Positions 22,341 through 34,636 of a stretch of 64,000 nt of DNA are shown here, in pieces. This DNA comes from Phyllobates terribilis (lineage: Eukaryota). The translations under genes and the position numbers were made by a program. The stretch is taken from NCBI RefSeq assembly GCF_046119375.1, contig NW_027362763.1, positions 248,372,001 to 248,436,000 on the forward strand, written 5' to 3'. The number at the start of each line of letters is the position of its first letter. Within the stretch, counting starts at the first letter, position 1. The notes under the pieces were generated by a model, which did no database searches, was not told the origin of the DNA, and saw only the letters and a program-made list of their open reading frames with translations.

Positions 22341-23396
22341 GATGTTGTGCAGACAGCCCGTCCTCGATAGACCCAACTTTAGGAATACTTTTATTGTTCA
22401 AATGGATGCCTTTGAAGTAGGGCTAGGAGCAGTTCTGTCACAGGAGGTGTATGGATAGGAACATTCAGTCACTTACTTTAGTAGGAAACTAACCCCGGCT
22501 GAAAAAAATTATAGCGTAGTGGAGAAGGAGTGTTTGGCCATTAAGTGGGCCTTGGAGTCCCTATGTTATAATTTACTGTGGCGGCAGTTCTGCTGGGCAA
22601 CGGACCATTCACCTTTTGGTCTGGATGAGAAACGCCAAGGAGAGGAATTCATGGGTGACCAGATGGTTTTTGTCGTTACAAAACTTTCTGGGTGGAACAT
22701 CGAGCTGGGAAGTCACAACGGATTTTGGATGTCCTGTCACGGGCACCTTGTATATTAACAGGTGTTCAACCCCTCAAATTTGAATAGAGGGGGGTATGTG
22801 AGGCAGTGATGGGATTCATATACGAGGGTCATTATGTGTGCCATAGGATGTGTATGGAAACATACTGAACCCACTGGAGAGTGTTGTAATCACTGCCAAA
22901 GCTCTGGTTACAACACAAAATAAAAGTACGTGTGGACTGGGTCAAGCTATTTCACCAAGTCAGATTTAGGAAAACCTGACATGGGCTTTTATTTTCGGAG
23001 AGATCTGTAGGAAGGCAGTAGGGCGGATCTCTCCCTCCACTGCGGGTCTTGCAAGTGGCCCATGGCCATGATTCACAATTAATCCTGCAGTTAACTGTTG
23101 GGTGTGTCAGTGTTGGTTTGCAAGCTGCAGAGCAGGAGACTCTGTGTATGCATGTCTGTGTGAAATTGAACACAGACCAGAGCCAGAGAGTAGAGCAAAG
23201 CCATTACCGCATGTGTGAGTTATACGGTGGTGCTGTCACCAAAAGCAACGGACTGATATGGACTGATACGGATGTTCCAGATGCGAACCAAATGATTAAA
23301 TTAGGATTTTTTTCGTAAATTGGCAAAGACATTTAAGTTGATCTTTCTTGGGTCACTGCCTCATAACCGCATAGAAGTGAAAGCCGCTGCCTTACA
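22340..23396 (+). mobile_element. Gmr1-like element B, 3' part in the opposite orientation: RNase H, PPT, 600-bp LTR (22797-23396)
   Basis: VQMDAFEVGLGAVLSQE and EKECLAIKWALE; PPT agagggggg; tgtgaggcag...ctgccttaca. The last 90 bp or so match the reverse complement of 22247-22335. Confidence 0.85.
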
Positions 23397-24042
23397 AAGG
23401 GAATAAATAGAGGTCGGAAACTTCCAGCACCTATCCCCAGGAATAATAAAGAATCAGAAATTTTATTTCAATGTTCCTTGGACTACTTTTCTAATAAAGT
23501 AAGAAAAATGTAAATCACCATCTAAGAATTTGACCTAAATATCTTAAAAAAACTTGTCTCTCAATTTCCAAAAATTTACATTACCAGTGGTGGGATTCAG
23601 AGGGTTCTCCCGGTTTGGTGGAACCACTTATTTAAATAGCAGACTGTTCCCCGAACCGGCAAGAAGTGGTGCCCTGATCCGATTCCCTGGCTCGCAGTTT
23701 TCAGCTTTATGTGAGTCCAGTTGAAATGTATTGCGGTAAAGAAAGCCACAGGCTTCCTGAACTGCAATAGTTAACAGCCGCCAGCCAATCACTGCCGTGT
23801 TCCTGCCCATTTGCACCGCATATGAAGAAGGAGGACATTGCTTGAACGCGGCCAGGTATGAAGAAACATCTTTTTTTTTTTTTTACTGAAAAGCCGCAAT
23901 ATGAGAGACAACCATATGGGGCCAGGATGGAGACGTATGGGGCCAGGATGGAGACATATGGGGCCAGGATGGAGACATATCTATAATGTGTATAATGTCG
24001 CTGGTGAGTCACTGCATTACCTGTACACTATACATTGCATAC

Positions 24043-24860
24043 TGTTAGAACAGCGCCGGCGCCCCTGCACGTCCCCTTCCTCCCCCTGCAGGGACGCTGG
24101 AGTGTTCACTTACCCGTCCGCGTTCCCCGGCATCTCGCTCCTCTCAGGGCCTGAGCACGACACACAGGTCTCCTGGGAGAATGCTTAGGGCGCGCGCACT
24201 CCCTGCTTCTTAAAGGGGAAGGTGCGCATGCTTCTGAAAATGTCCCCAGCCAACGGCTGGGAGACATTAGGTATTTAAGGAACCTACCCCAAATGGGAGG
24301 TGCCTTAGCAATGTTTAGTATCAGTGAGTTCCTGCTGCCTAGTTGTAAGGTCCCTGTTCCCATGCTCTTTGTATCTGATCCTGTCCGTCCTGTTACCTGA
24401 CCTTGTCCACCCTGTCTGCACCTGATCCGGTCCGCCCTGCTGTTCCTATACCCGAACCTATCCTGCCTGTGCCTCTTCCTGATTCTGATCCATCTAGTCC
24501 GCACATGTGCCACTATCCTCACCTGCCCAGTCTGAACAAGCACCTGTGAACCTGCATCTGTGATCCCATACCTGTGGCAGTCCCGTGTTACTGTACAGTC
24601 CTGCTTGTGCCTGATCTCGCACCTGTCTACCAGCCATACCCCTCCTGTTATCCAGTTCCTGTCCGACCTTGCCTTCCTGCCCTTTTGGGGGTCAGCTGCC
24701 ATGGCTCCGGGGCCCGTCCTGGAGTAGCGTCTGACGTCCCCTGGGTTCAAGTCTAACCACACCATCAGGGGCTCTAGTGAAGAACCAGGTGTTCACTTAG
24801 CTACGCCCCTCCGGGTGCTCTTCGGACCGTGGCACAGTGATTCCACAATCGTGTGTAACA
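24043..24860 (+). mobile_element. 5' LTR of a Sushi/Ty3-like Gypsy element
   Basis: tgttag...gtaaca; gag starts about 15 bp downstream; promoter region similar to the solo LTR at 3446-4627. Confidence 0.7.
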
Positions 24861-25194
24861 GTTTGCTAAGGCTGTGGAACCCACTGACTCTCATAGCCTT
24901 ACAGTCTCTGACCTGTACCACGAGATGACCCGTTAAAGAGATCAGCAAGACAAGGTCCTATTTTACCTACGTAGTGTTAACACCCACCTGGACACCAGTC
25001 GCAGCATTCGCTCCTATTCAAGCTGTGGCAGTGACCATTCAGTCCGCAAATCATACTTCAAGTCCTAGACTGTCTGTCTGCACATCACGTTTTGACGGGG
25101 ATCCAAAGCAATGCCGAGGTTTTATCAACTAGTGCTCGCTGCACTTTGAACTGCTGGCCCACCAGTTTCCCTCCGATCGGGCGAAGGTAGCAAG

Positions 25195-25755
25195 CACTAC
25201 TGCATACACCTTCTGATGTACAGTTTTAAAAAAAAAAGTAATATCAGCTCACCCTTGTTTTTTTTTGTTTTTTTAATTATTTTATTTTTATTTTTGCTTA
25301 CACATTCTTAGTGTCTTATATGTTATATATAACATTTTTTTGCTGTGCCTACAATGCGTAATGTTTCCTTAATGTTTGATGTTCTATATATGTCTTCTGA
25401 TATAGACGAGGCACTGCTAGCATTCCACAGGTGTCCACTAATTAATTAACCAATCAATCTGGTCATGCCATGTTTTTAAATCCCTCACTTTTTTGTTTAC
25501 ATTCTATCTAGCCGAGTCTAAGAACGCAGTTAGTGTTCAAAACGCGTCCGGCGTTTTCCTCATACCCTTATCCCCAATTCTCACCTATGCTAAGGTGTAT
25601 GCAGGAGTGCTTGCTATGTTTTAAAAGAAACAATAAAACTTTATGGATTTTATGGACTGAATCTGGATCCTCACCTTTCTTGCAAGCCTTTCTGATGTTA
25701 CATCTTGGAGGAGAGGCCTGGTGTAGTTCAATCCTTTGTGGGAAAGAGGAGATGC
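25195..25755 (+). mobile_element. Insertion in gag resembling a Penelope pseudo-LTR
   Basis: Interrupts gag; contains a gaacgc/gtgttc stem followed by aaaacgcgtc, then AATAAA. Confidence 0.4.
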
Positions 25756-27046
25756 AATAATCTCAGACCTACAGACCTTCCTAGAGGCATTCCGCAAGGT
25801 ATTTGATGAACCAGGCCGAGTTACTTCTGCCGCCTCATCCCTCCCTCCTCAGACTACATCACGCCAGTCTGTCCATAGGCCAATAAACTGTCTGCTTCCG
25901 CACCTTGGCTTCTGAACTCGGCTGGAACAACGAGGCACTGGTAGCTGCTTTCTGGGAGGGATTGTCCGGAAGGATCAAGGATGAGCTAGCAGGGAGAGAC
26001 ATTCCTACTATACTGGACGATCTAATTTCCTTGGCCATCCAAATCGACCTCCAGTTCCAAGAGCGCTCCCGAGAAACGGTGCATGAAAGAAAACCGCTTC
26101 ATCTGGCTCCGTCCTTCCAAAGGCCACTCACTCCTCAGCCTTCCACGCCAGCAGCATCTCCTGAACCTATGCAAGTCAACAAAATGGAGCTGGCTGAGCA
26201 ATGGCAGGAGATCTGTTGAGCCAAAGGCTTGTGCTTTTATTGTGGAGAAACCGGTCATTTCATTCGCTCTTAGTCCCAAGAAGCAGGGAAACTCACAAGC
26301 CTAGGGCAATTAGGAGAGGCCAACCTGGGCGACATCAATTCCTTTCCGCAATTGATCCTGACCATGTCTGTGACTTGTAGAGGTTTCCAGTTCGTTGAAA
26401 CAGGGAACCTCATACAGCAAGCAGTGGTAGATCGCGACCAGATCCCAGTTCGACAACTCCAGAATCCGTTGTTGGTGTTATCTGTCGATGACAGACCCCT
26501 ATCGCAAGCCGTTCTGGTGGACTCTGAGCAAGTAGAACTCCGGATAGGGATGCTCCACACTGAGAAAATTGCCTTCTACATGCTTCCTAGCCTGTCTCAT
26601 CCACTTCTCCTGGGTCTACTGTGGCTCCGCGTGCATGAACCCATCCTTGACTGGAGATCCAGAGGGGTGCTTTGTTGGGGTCAGTCTTGTCATGAGAAAT
26701 GTCTTGTACTCGTACGAGCAGTCCGGTCGCTGGTGGCACCATCTTCCCTTAAGTTATTATCATCTGCCTACCGGCCGTTTTCTGATGTCTTCGACAAGAA
26801 GGAAGCAGAGACATTACCTCCACATAGGCCATACGACTGCCCAATAGACCTGCTCCTGGGATTCTCACCGCCACGAGGCTATATTTACCCCCTGTCCTCG
26901 GTAGAGACTCTAACCATGTCCGAGTATGTTAATCATTAAAAAGTCCTCTTCACCAACTGGATCTGAAGGTATGGATTCCTGAGGCTGAGAATGCTTTTCT
27001 CTCCCTGAAACAGGCCTTTTCCTCTGCTCCAATATTACATCGACCA

Positions 27047-28351
27047 TGTCAGTGAATTATTCAGAAATATTGAACATATTCTTTCTTTCTTTCCCTGAAG
27101 CCACCTCACCCCTCCCTTCCACCTTTTGTCCCAAGACAAGAGCTAGCAATCAACCACTTGTCATGGGAGAGCTGACAGTCCAGCATCTGGCTCCCTGCAA
27201 ATTATCACCCACAGCCAAAATAGCTTACACAAACAAATGCCAGCCAAGAAGTGTTACAACCTAATTAAAACACGAGCATCTTTCTCCCTGGCAGGCACAG
27301 GGGGTAATTGGATGCAGGCTTGCAATAATTTACGTGTAACTGTTAAAGCTTGCTTCCCTAGCTTCAAAAGGAAACCTAATCTCGCCGGCACCGATACGAA
27401 ATATGGAATAACTGAAGTTCCATAATTCTGATAATAATGGGACCTATATTTTTAGTGGCAGGGTCAGTCGAGGAGCGATATGCTCATTTTTTCGTAGCCG
27501 AAAACCCCTCCGAGCAGTAGAGCAAAAGCACCAGAAGAGCAGACTGCAACAGCGAAATGTGTGGTCTTTAAATGAAGGTAAAATCATAATAGAAATTATG
27601 GTACCACTTTTGGGCTTCTGGGATCAACCAGCGATAAGTTACCACAAAAAAAAGATTTTTAATACAAACATGAAGAGTGGAGCCGAGCCCACATGATGTC
27701 GGCACAGGGGCGGGTGTGGACAGATCTCTCCCTTCAGCAAAAAATAGTTTGCTGAGGTTGTAGATTCATTCATTGCCAGAGGGGTATAAAGACTATAAGC
27801 AACGGATCCTGTTAGATAACAGTCTAATCAAATCGGGGAGCCCCTCCTCCCCCTAAATTGAACCATCTCAGCGATCGTATAGTAAGTTTCTTCCTTAATC
27901 CTTATTATTTTGTGTAACTGCTTATGTATTTTAATGTCTCCTTTGTAAAATCCTTGTATATATTTTTCCTAAACACTGCCTCCCTTTTAGATTAAATATA
28001 AAATTTAATAGTTCTGTTTCTTTTGTCCTGTAACAGTTCCCTCCCCCGAAGCCATACGCTACCAGAACGCAGGCGTCCGCTCAGGCCTGTATTCTATTTC
28101 ATATCTGGATGGTGGTGGCAGCGAATAATAATATTAATTGGGCTATCGTGAAGCTGACAGTGACCGTATGGAGGGTGTAAACACGTATTCCATACATTGG
28201 AATCCATATGCTCACTGGTCGCTTGCCGATACCCAAGAAGTGAGTAGTCTGGATCGTGTGTTCGCGATTTCGGACGAAATCCGTGACACAGTGACGGCAT
28301 GGTGAGATATTGCGTGATCTCCCCAGTGTCGTTGCTGTGGAATTCCTGACA
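27047..28351 (+). mobile_element. Solo LTR (about 1.3 kb) inserted in the Sushi-like RT-RNase H linker
   Basis: tgtcagtgaatt...aattcctgaca; 5-bp TSD gacca/gacct; removal restores APILHRPEENKQFFLEVD; TATAAA near 27785. Strand inferred from the TATA box. Confidence 0.8.
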
Positions 28352-30049
28352 GACCTGAAGAGAACAAACAATTCTTTCTGGAGGTAGATGCTTCCTCTTC
28401 TAGGGCCGGAGCAGTTCTCACCCAAAAGTCTTCCTCCAGTCGTATGGTAATCTGTGGATTCTTCTCCAAGGCCTTCTCTGCCCCGGAGTGCAACTACTCG
28501 ATTAGCGATCAAGAGTTGGCAATTAAGATGGCTCAAGAAGAATGGCGGTACCTTCTTGAGGGAGCAGTCCATCCAGTCGTCATTTATACAAACCATAAGA
28601 ACCTAGCCTATCTGTAGTCCGCGCCTCTTTTGATTTTGTTTTGTATTTCTGGCCAGCTGACAAAAACATCAAACATAATGCACTTTTCCGCTCCTTCCTG
28701 CCCACTGACCAAACGGAGGAACCTCAACTCATGATCAAGCAGTCCAAAATGGTTAACTCCGGTAAACTTGTCCCAAATTCCGCCTGGTAAGACCTTGGTG
28801 TCAGAATTGGACAAGAGGCAAGTTCTACTATGGGGCACTCCTCCAAGGTGGCCGGCCATGCTGGGCAGAGAAAGACATTGCAGCTCATATCACGTCACTA
28901 CTGGTGGCCCAACATGCTTAAGGAATTCATGGAGTTTGTTTCCGCCTGTCCTTCTGGGGCCTGCAACAAGACACCTAGGTAACTCCCATCCGGGCGACTT
29001 TTACCATTTCCTGTGCCCTCAGTAACTTGGCAGCATATTGCCATAGACTTTATTACTGACCTTCTGTGTCCTCGGGCTGTTCCGTCATCTGGGTAGTGGT
29101 GAATTGCTTCTCGAAGATGGCACATTTCACTTCATTGCCTGACAATTCATCCAGCACATCTTCCGTCTTCACAGATTTGGTTGCCACATCGTGTATGACC
29201 AAGGTGTCCAATTCACATCCCGATTCTGGCAAGTTTTGTGCAAAGTTCTGAATGTTGTGCTAGAGTTCTCATCTGCATATCACCCTCAATCCAACGGACA
29301 GGTAGAGAATCAACCAGATTCTGACCAACTTCCTGGGGCACTTCACAAACGCACATCATGACGAATGAGTCAAGCTCTTACCATGGGAAGAGTTCTCCCA
29401 TAACAACCACGTGGTGAGTCTTTCTGCAAGCTCTCCATTCTTTATTGTCTTTGGGCAACAGCCAAGAATTCCTCTTAAAGTATTGGCTGCTTCTGGTGTA
29501 CCAGCAGCAGATGTTCTTACAAAGGATTTCTCAAAGATATGGGAGGACACTAAAACTACTCTAGAGATGTCATCTGAGCATATAAAGAGGCATGCGGATA
29601 AGAGACACTTGGATCCACCTTGTTATCATCCATTTCATAAGGTGTGGCTATTTCCTCAGTATATCTGTCTTAAAATCCAATCCTACAAGTTAGGCCCTCT
29701 CTTCATCAGTCCCTTTGAAGTCATCAAGCAAATTAAAGGGAACCTGTCAGGTCCCCCATGCCCTCTAACCCAGCATCATTCACCTATCAGCAAATTCCCT
29801 GCCTAACCAACCCTGTATAACGTTATTGAGTGAAAACAAGGTTTAAAAAAATCAATTATATTGTCCCAGCTTCCTATGCTAATGAGGGCTTTGACTAGTC
29901 GATGGGGCGTTAGTTTCCCCAGACTAGTCAGCCCTCTTTCCATTTTATCATGCCCCTGTGGTTGTGATAACATAATTTGCTCGAGCGGCGTCATCGCCAC
30001 TTATGCAAATCTCGCACATGCGCACCTCTCGTGAGTATGAACTTTTTTT

Positions 30050-32380
30050 TTGTTTTACAAAAATTTTACTTTAAACACAAATTTCAGGGATAACAGGAGA
30101 AAATGGACCCCAAAATTTGTGGAGCAATTTCTCCAGAGCACGCCAATACCCCATATGTGGGGGAAAAGTACTGTTTGGGTGCATGGCAGGACTCGGAAGG
30201 GAAGGAGCACCATTTGCCTTTATGAACGCAAAATTGGATACCCCGTATGTGGCTGTACAGTACTGCTTAGCCATATGGCGAGACTCGGGAGGGATGGAGC
30301 GCTATTTGCCTCCTGGAGCACAGATTTTCCTAGAATAGTTTGTGGACCCCATATACAGAGCACTAGAAGAAGTGCTAGAAGAGCAGAAACCCCCCCAAGT
30401 GACCACATTTTGGAAATGATACCCCTTTGGGAATTTATCTACAGGTGTCTTGACTATTTTGACTACATGGGTGTTTCTAGAAACAAGAAGGAGTGGATAT
30501 TGCAGCGTTAAAATTGAAAACTGCCGTTGTAGTGACCAGTACGTTATGCCCAGCTTATGCTTCTGGAGACAAGCACATGTAAATTAAGCAGGCACTCATA
30601 GCTACAGAAATGCTAAACATGTGGCCGCTAACTGCGGTTTAGGCACACTGTGGGGATCAGAGGAGAGGGGGGCATTTGGATTTGGGAGTGCAGAATCTGC
30701 TGACTTTCTTTTGGGGGGTAAGGAGGCATTCCGATTTTCGAAAGCTTTTATACTACCAATAACATGGAAGCCCCCTATATTTCCATTGACATATGACGGA
30801 CCTGAGTGGGGGCTTTTTTTGTGGATTGATTTGAAGCCTTTGTTAGGAACATTTTACATAACATTTGTGATCACATTTATCCTGTCCTCTATGCTGAGCA
30901 CTTACATTGGGGTTTCCATCTAAATCTCGGTGTGATGTAATTCAGATGAAACCGAGGGATCCATTCACTATAATGAGGCAGCAGAGTTACTCTGGACTCC
31001 GTCTGGCCTCTGTTCAGCAGTGTCATTCTTTTCAGAAGTGCACAAAACTGTGGCCGATTGCACTTTTATGCACACCTAAAAAGATAGGACACCGCTGGAT
31101 CAAATGCCAGACTGCAACCAGTGTCCCCATCTGCCTCATTACAGGGAATATTCTGCTGGGGGTTCCGTCTGAATCACGTATTTCAGAGATTTACACGGAA
31201 AGCCCGGTGTAAGCGATCAGCGCAGAGCGCAGGATAAATGTGAGCCGAGCCATACTGCGATCTTTGTGAGGCAGTTTGAACAAATCAACAGCAGGTGTAG
31301 ATTTGGTTTTATTTTTTACGCCATTCCTCGTGCGGTATAAGTGATTAGACGACTTTATTCTTTGGGTCGGCGCGATTACAGCAATGCCAGATTCATATCA
31401 GATTTTTATGTTTGCCAGCTGTCAGATACTAAAACACGCCTTTTTTTTTTTTGCAAAGACTGTTTACAATTTTTTTTCCCATATTTCAGCCGACAGTCAT
31501 GTAAGGGCTTGTTTTTTGCGGGACGAGTTGAAGTTTATATTGGTACAATTTTTGTTCACATGACATTTGGCTTTCTATTCCTATTTTTGGGAGGCAGAAT
31601 GAACAAAAGCCAGCAATTAAGGAATTGTTTTTTGGGGGGATTTTTTTTATGCCAGTTCGCGTGTGGTAAAATTGATAGGGCAGCGTTATTCTTTTGGTCA
31701 GTACGATTGCAGCGATGCCACATTTATATAATTTTGAATGTTTTGGCACTTTTACACAAACTTATAGTAAAAATAATAATTTTTGTATCGAGTTATGCTG
31801 AGAGCTATAACTTTTTTATTTTTCTGCTGACGGAGCTGAATGGCAGCTTGTTTTTTTACAGGACAAGAAGATGTTTTCAGCGGTACCATTTTTATTTACA
31901 TTTGTCTTTTTGATTGCGTTTTACTCTTTTTTGTTCGGCGGTATGATAAATGATATAGCAGTTATAAAGCAGAAGAATGCAGGAGTATTGCTATGCTTTG
32001 TAACTCTCTGTTCTGCACTGACACAGGTTAGTTAGATCATGCACTGCGCATGATCTAACTAACTTGCTAGAGCCTGGTGACCTAGATGTCGTGATGATAT
32101 CATGCCACCATGACAATGATCACCCCAACCTCCCTCGGATGATGTTGCAGGGGCAGCAATCGGAGGATAGAGGGGGCTTCCTCCTTCTCAATGCTGCGAT
32201 CGATATCGCAGGGCTAAACAGCAACCGGTGCAGGCACCACTCCTGGCACTGAATGCCGGGTGTCTGAATCACTGAACACCCAGCAGCGATCGCGCACAGC
32301 TTCTGTGCGTGCAACATCTCGTGGACATAGCCATACGTCCAAGGTAGGCCAGTACTTACCAACCTGGATGTATGGATACT
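30050..32380. mobile_element. Large non-coding repeat, probably a non-autonomous DNA element
   Basis: No protein homology seen; internally repeated blocks; terminal hairpin at about 32330-32377. Family recognition is from memory only. Confidence 0.4.
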
Positions 32381-32383
32381 TCT

Positions 32384-32792
32384 AAGGGAACATGTCATCA
32401 TAAAAATGCAGTTCAATCAGAAGACTTCATGTTATAGAGCAGGGGGAGCCAAGTAGATTGATATATTAATTTTTTTTTTTTTAATCACTAAAATATATGT
32501 AATACAACCCATTAATTATTTAAACCTCTGCACGTTCTGGTCCAGTGGGCGGTCTCATCAGTGTCTGACAACCATCTCTTTCTGCACCCTTACCTAAAAC
32601 AAAGTGGTCACTCACTGCTAGAACCGCCCACTGAACCAAAAAAAACACCAAGCGCAGGTGGTGTAAAGCTTTAAAACACAGGTTATACTGCATTTTTTTC
32701 TCTCATAGCCATACCTCTATCTACTCCGCTTCCCCTGCTCTATAGCATGGCTTCCTCAGTTTGGACTGAATTTTCATTATGACAGGTTCCCT
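32384..32792. mobile_element. T2/Kolobok-like MITE
   Basis: agggaacatgtca ... tgacaggttccct followed by TTAA. Confidence 0.6.
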
Positions 32793-33089
32793 TTAATGAA
32801 TCAGACACTAGTGACCTAAGGTGGCAGGGTTTTACTAGTAAACTAGGCCTTGAGGACATCCCACACAATAGCACTGTATTCTTGTAAGAGGAGAATCTCA
32901 CACACACACAAAAAAATATATACATATTTATATATAATCAAATTCTTTATGATTGCCTCTTGCCAACTCTGATCATGTACACTGCCCATCTTAAAAAAAA
33001 ACAAAAAAAAAAACACACAAACGGGCAACCGTCCCTATAACCCAAGCACCAGAGACTGAATGTGTAGCACGTCCAAAATTTTGGCATAT

Positions 33090-34595
33090 ATGCTGTGATT
33101 AGGAATTTATTAACTTGTTTTCATAGTTTGTGAAAATTCACTTTATGAGGGTGATTTACAGGGAGTCCACAAGCACAAAACAAGTATGACGCTCAGGGGT
33201 CCATTCGTGGCCGAGCAATGTAAGGCACCTTCCTCCTTGATTGACATCTCTACAGGAGCAATGGGAAGGAAGAGTTAGTTGGAAAACAAGTTAGTTGGGA
33301 CGGTGCACCGTAGTTTGAGCACACCAATGGTTCAGCGAGTGCTTGTGATTTATTTGGCTAGACTTCTTTTTTAAATTACCTGTACACCAGTGTATAAAGC
33401 ATGTACGGTATATACAATCTGCACAAACATACACCAGCTCAGTGTAAGAAAAACCTTGCACACTTTAGGTTTAGGTGTACACACTTCTATCATATTCTCA
33501 TACATCCAGTTATTTGTGTACAATTTTTCCAGCTAAATTACAAAGTGTAGGGCTTCTCCTAAAACAGATCATATGCCTACATTTTTTCCCAAAACCCTTA
33601 TTAACAATGCTGAATCCATTTTTGTAAAGTTTTATTTTCTTTTTACAAAACGCACCAACTGTACAGTTTTTTCTTTTTAGGTAGGTCACAATTTGAAACA
33701 ATACCTATGGTTGCTCAGAGCTGTGCTAGCCATGCCGCCAACCAATATTTTCAAGATATCTAACCACCAGTAAAATGGAGAGTGGATTCTTGTGCATGCA
33801 AAAGAATAGGTTAGACATTTAAAAAAAAAAAAAAAAAAAATTAAGAATGTGTCCAGTTTTTTTTTTTTCTTGTAAAGGCCAAAATGGCTTGAACAGACAG
33901 CTCTATAGCTGGGGATAATCACACAGGTCTGCGCTGACTCTTCCCCATCATCTCAGTGACCAGAGCACTCCACTGTGCAGCTTTGCTCATGCTCGCCCTC
34001 TAGTGGACATCTGGGGAGTGGCACGTTACAGGTGCTATTTTTTGGCAAGAGAATAAAAGATGTCTTTCTAGAGAATTAATAGCCTCTATCCGCAAAGCAA
34101 GCAGCTGAAAATGAACGAGAACACAACAGATTTTCTTGCAGCATGTAGAGAATAATCAAATCACTCAGTTTTCCAGCTTTTGATTCTTAAATTAAAAAGA
34201 ACTTAACCAATTTTTATACATTAAAAAGGTAGAATATTTAACAAACAAATAGCTTCAGACACAAACCTATTTAGAGCTACAGGTATCTACATTGCATACA
34301 ACTTAGTTCCACACGGATTAACGCTTCACTGAATAAGTAGCTCCACGACAGCAGATCGGCTTTATTGCTCTTATGCATATGGTGCTCTCTGAAGGCACTG
34401 TAGTATGGATTACAAAAGTTGGAATGACTTTGGTGGCAAAGTTTGGAATGACTTGGATGATCGCTGTTTACGTTGTCATTCTGGAACAGGCAGTTGTGTG
34501 AAATCTGGTTTTCGTTGTCCCAATTAACAGGAAAAAAAAATAAATCTGAGTCCATGTTATACTTCACAGGAAAATTGTAACATCTGGAGAAAGTT
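33090..34595 (-). other. SERP1: Probable SERP1 3' UTR with candidate AATAAA signals at 34361-34366, 33631-33636 and 33106-33111
   Basis: Repeat-free sequence after the stop codon; minus-strand AATAAA hexamers; miRNA seed matches. The 3' end is inferred. Confidence 0.55.
33993..34007 (-). promoter_or_regulatory. CTCF core motif
   Basis: cgccctctagtgg = CCACTAGAGGGCG on the minus strand. Confidence 0.55.
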
Positions 34596-34636
34596 TTACA
34601 TGCCCATCCTAATGCTCTGAATTATTTGGAAAATTG
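34596..34636 (-). CDS. SERP1: SERP1 exon 3 coding part: (A)IFQIIQSIRMGM*
   Basis: AG acceptor at 34638-34637; 41 nt; TAA stop. Confidence 0.97.

Larger units (their letters stand above)
24861..29730 (+). mobile_element. Sushi/Ty3-like Gypsy internal region, decayed; most of RT deleted near 26935; no 3' LTR seen
   Basis: ASELGWNNEALVAAFWEGLSGRIKDEL gag; CFYCGETGH; DVFDKKEAETLPPHRPYDCPIDLL; FFLEVDAS..NHKNLAYL RNase H; integrase relics at about 28700-29730. Confidence 0.9.
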
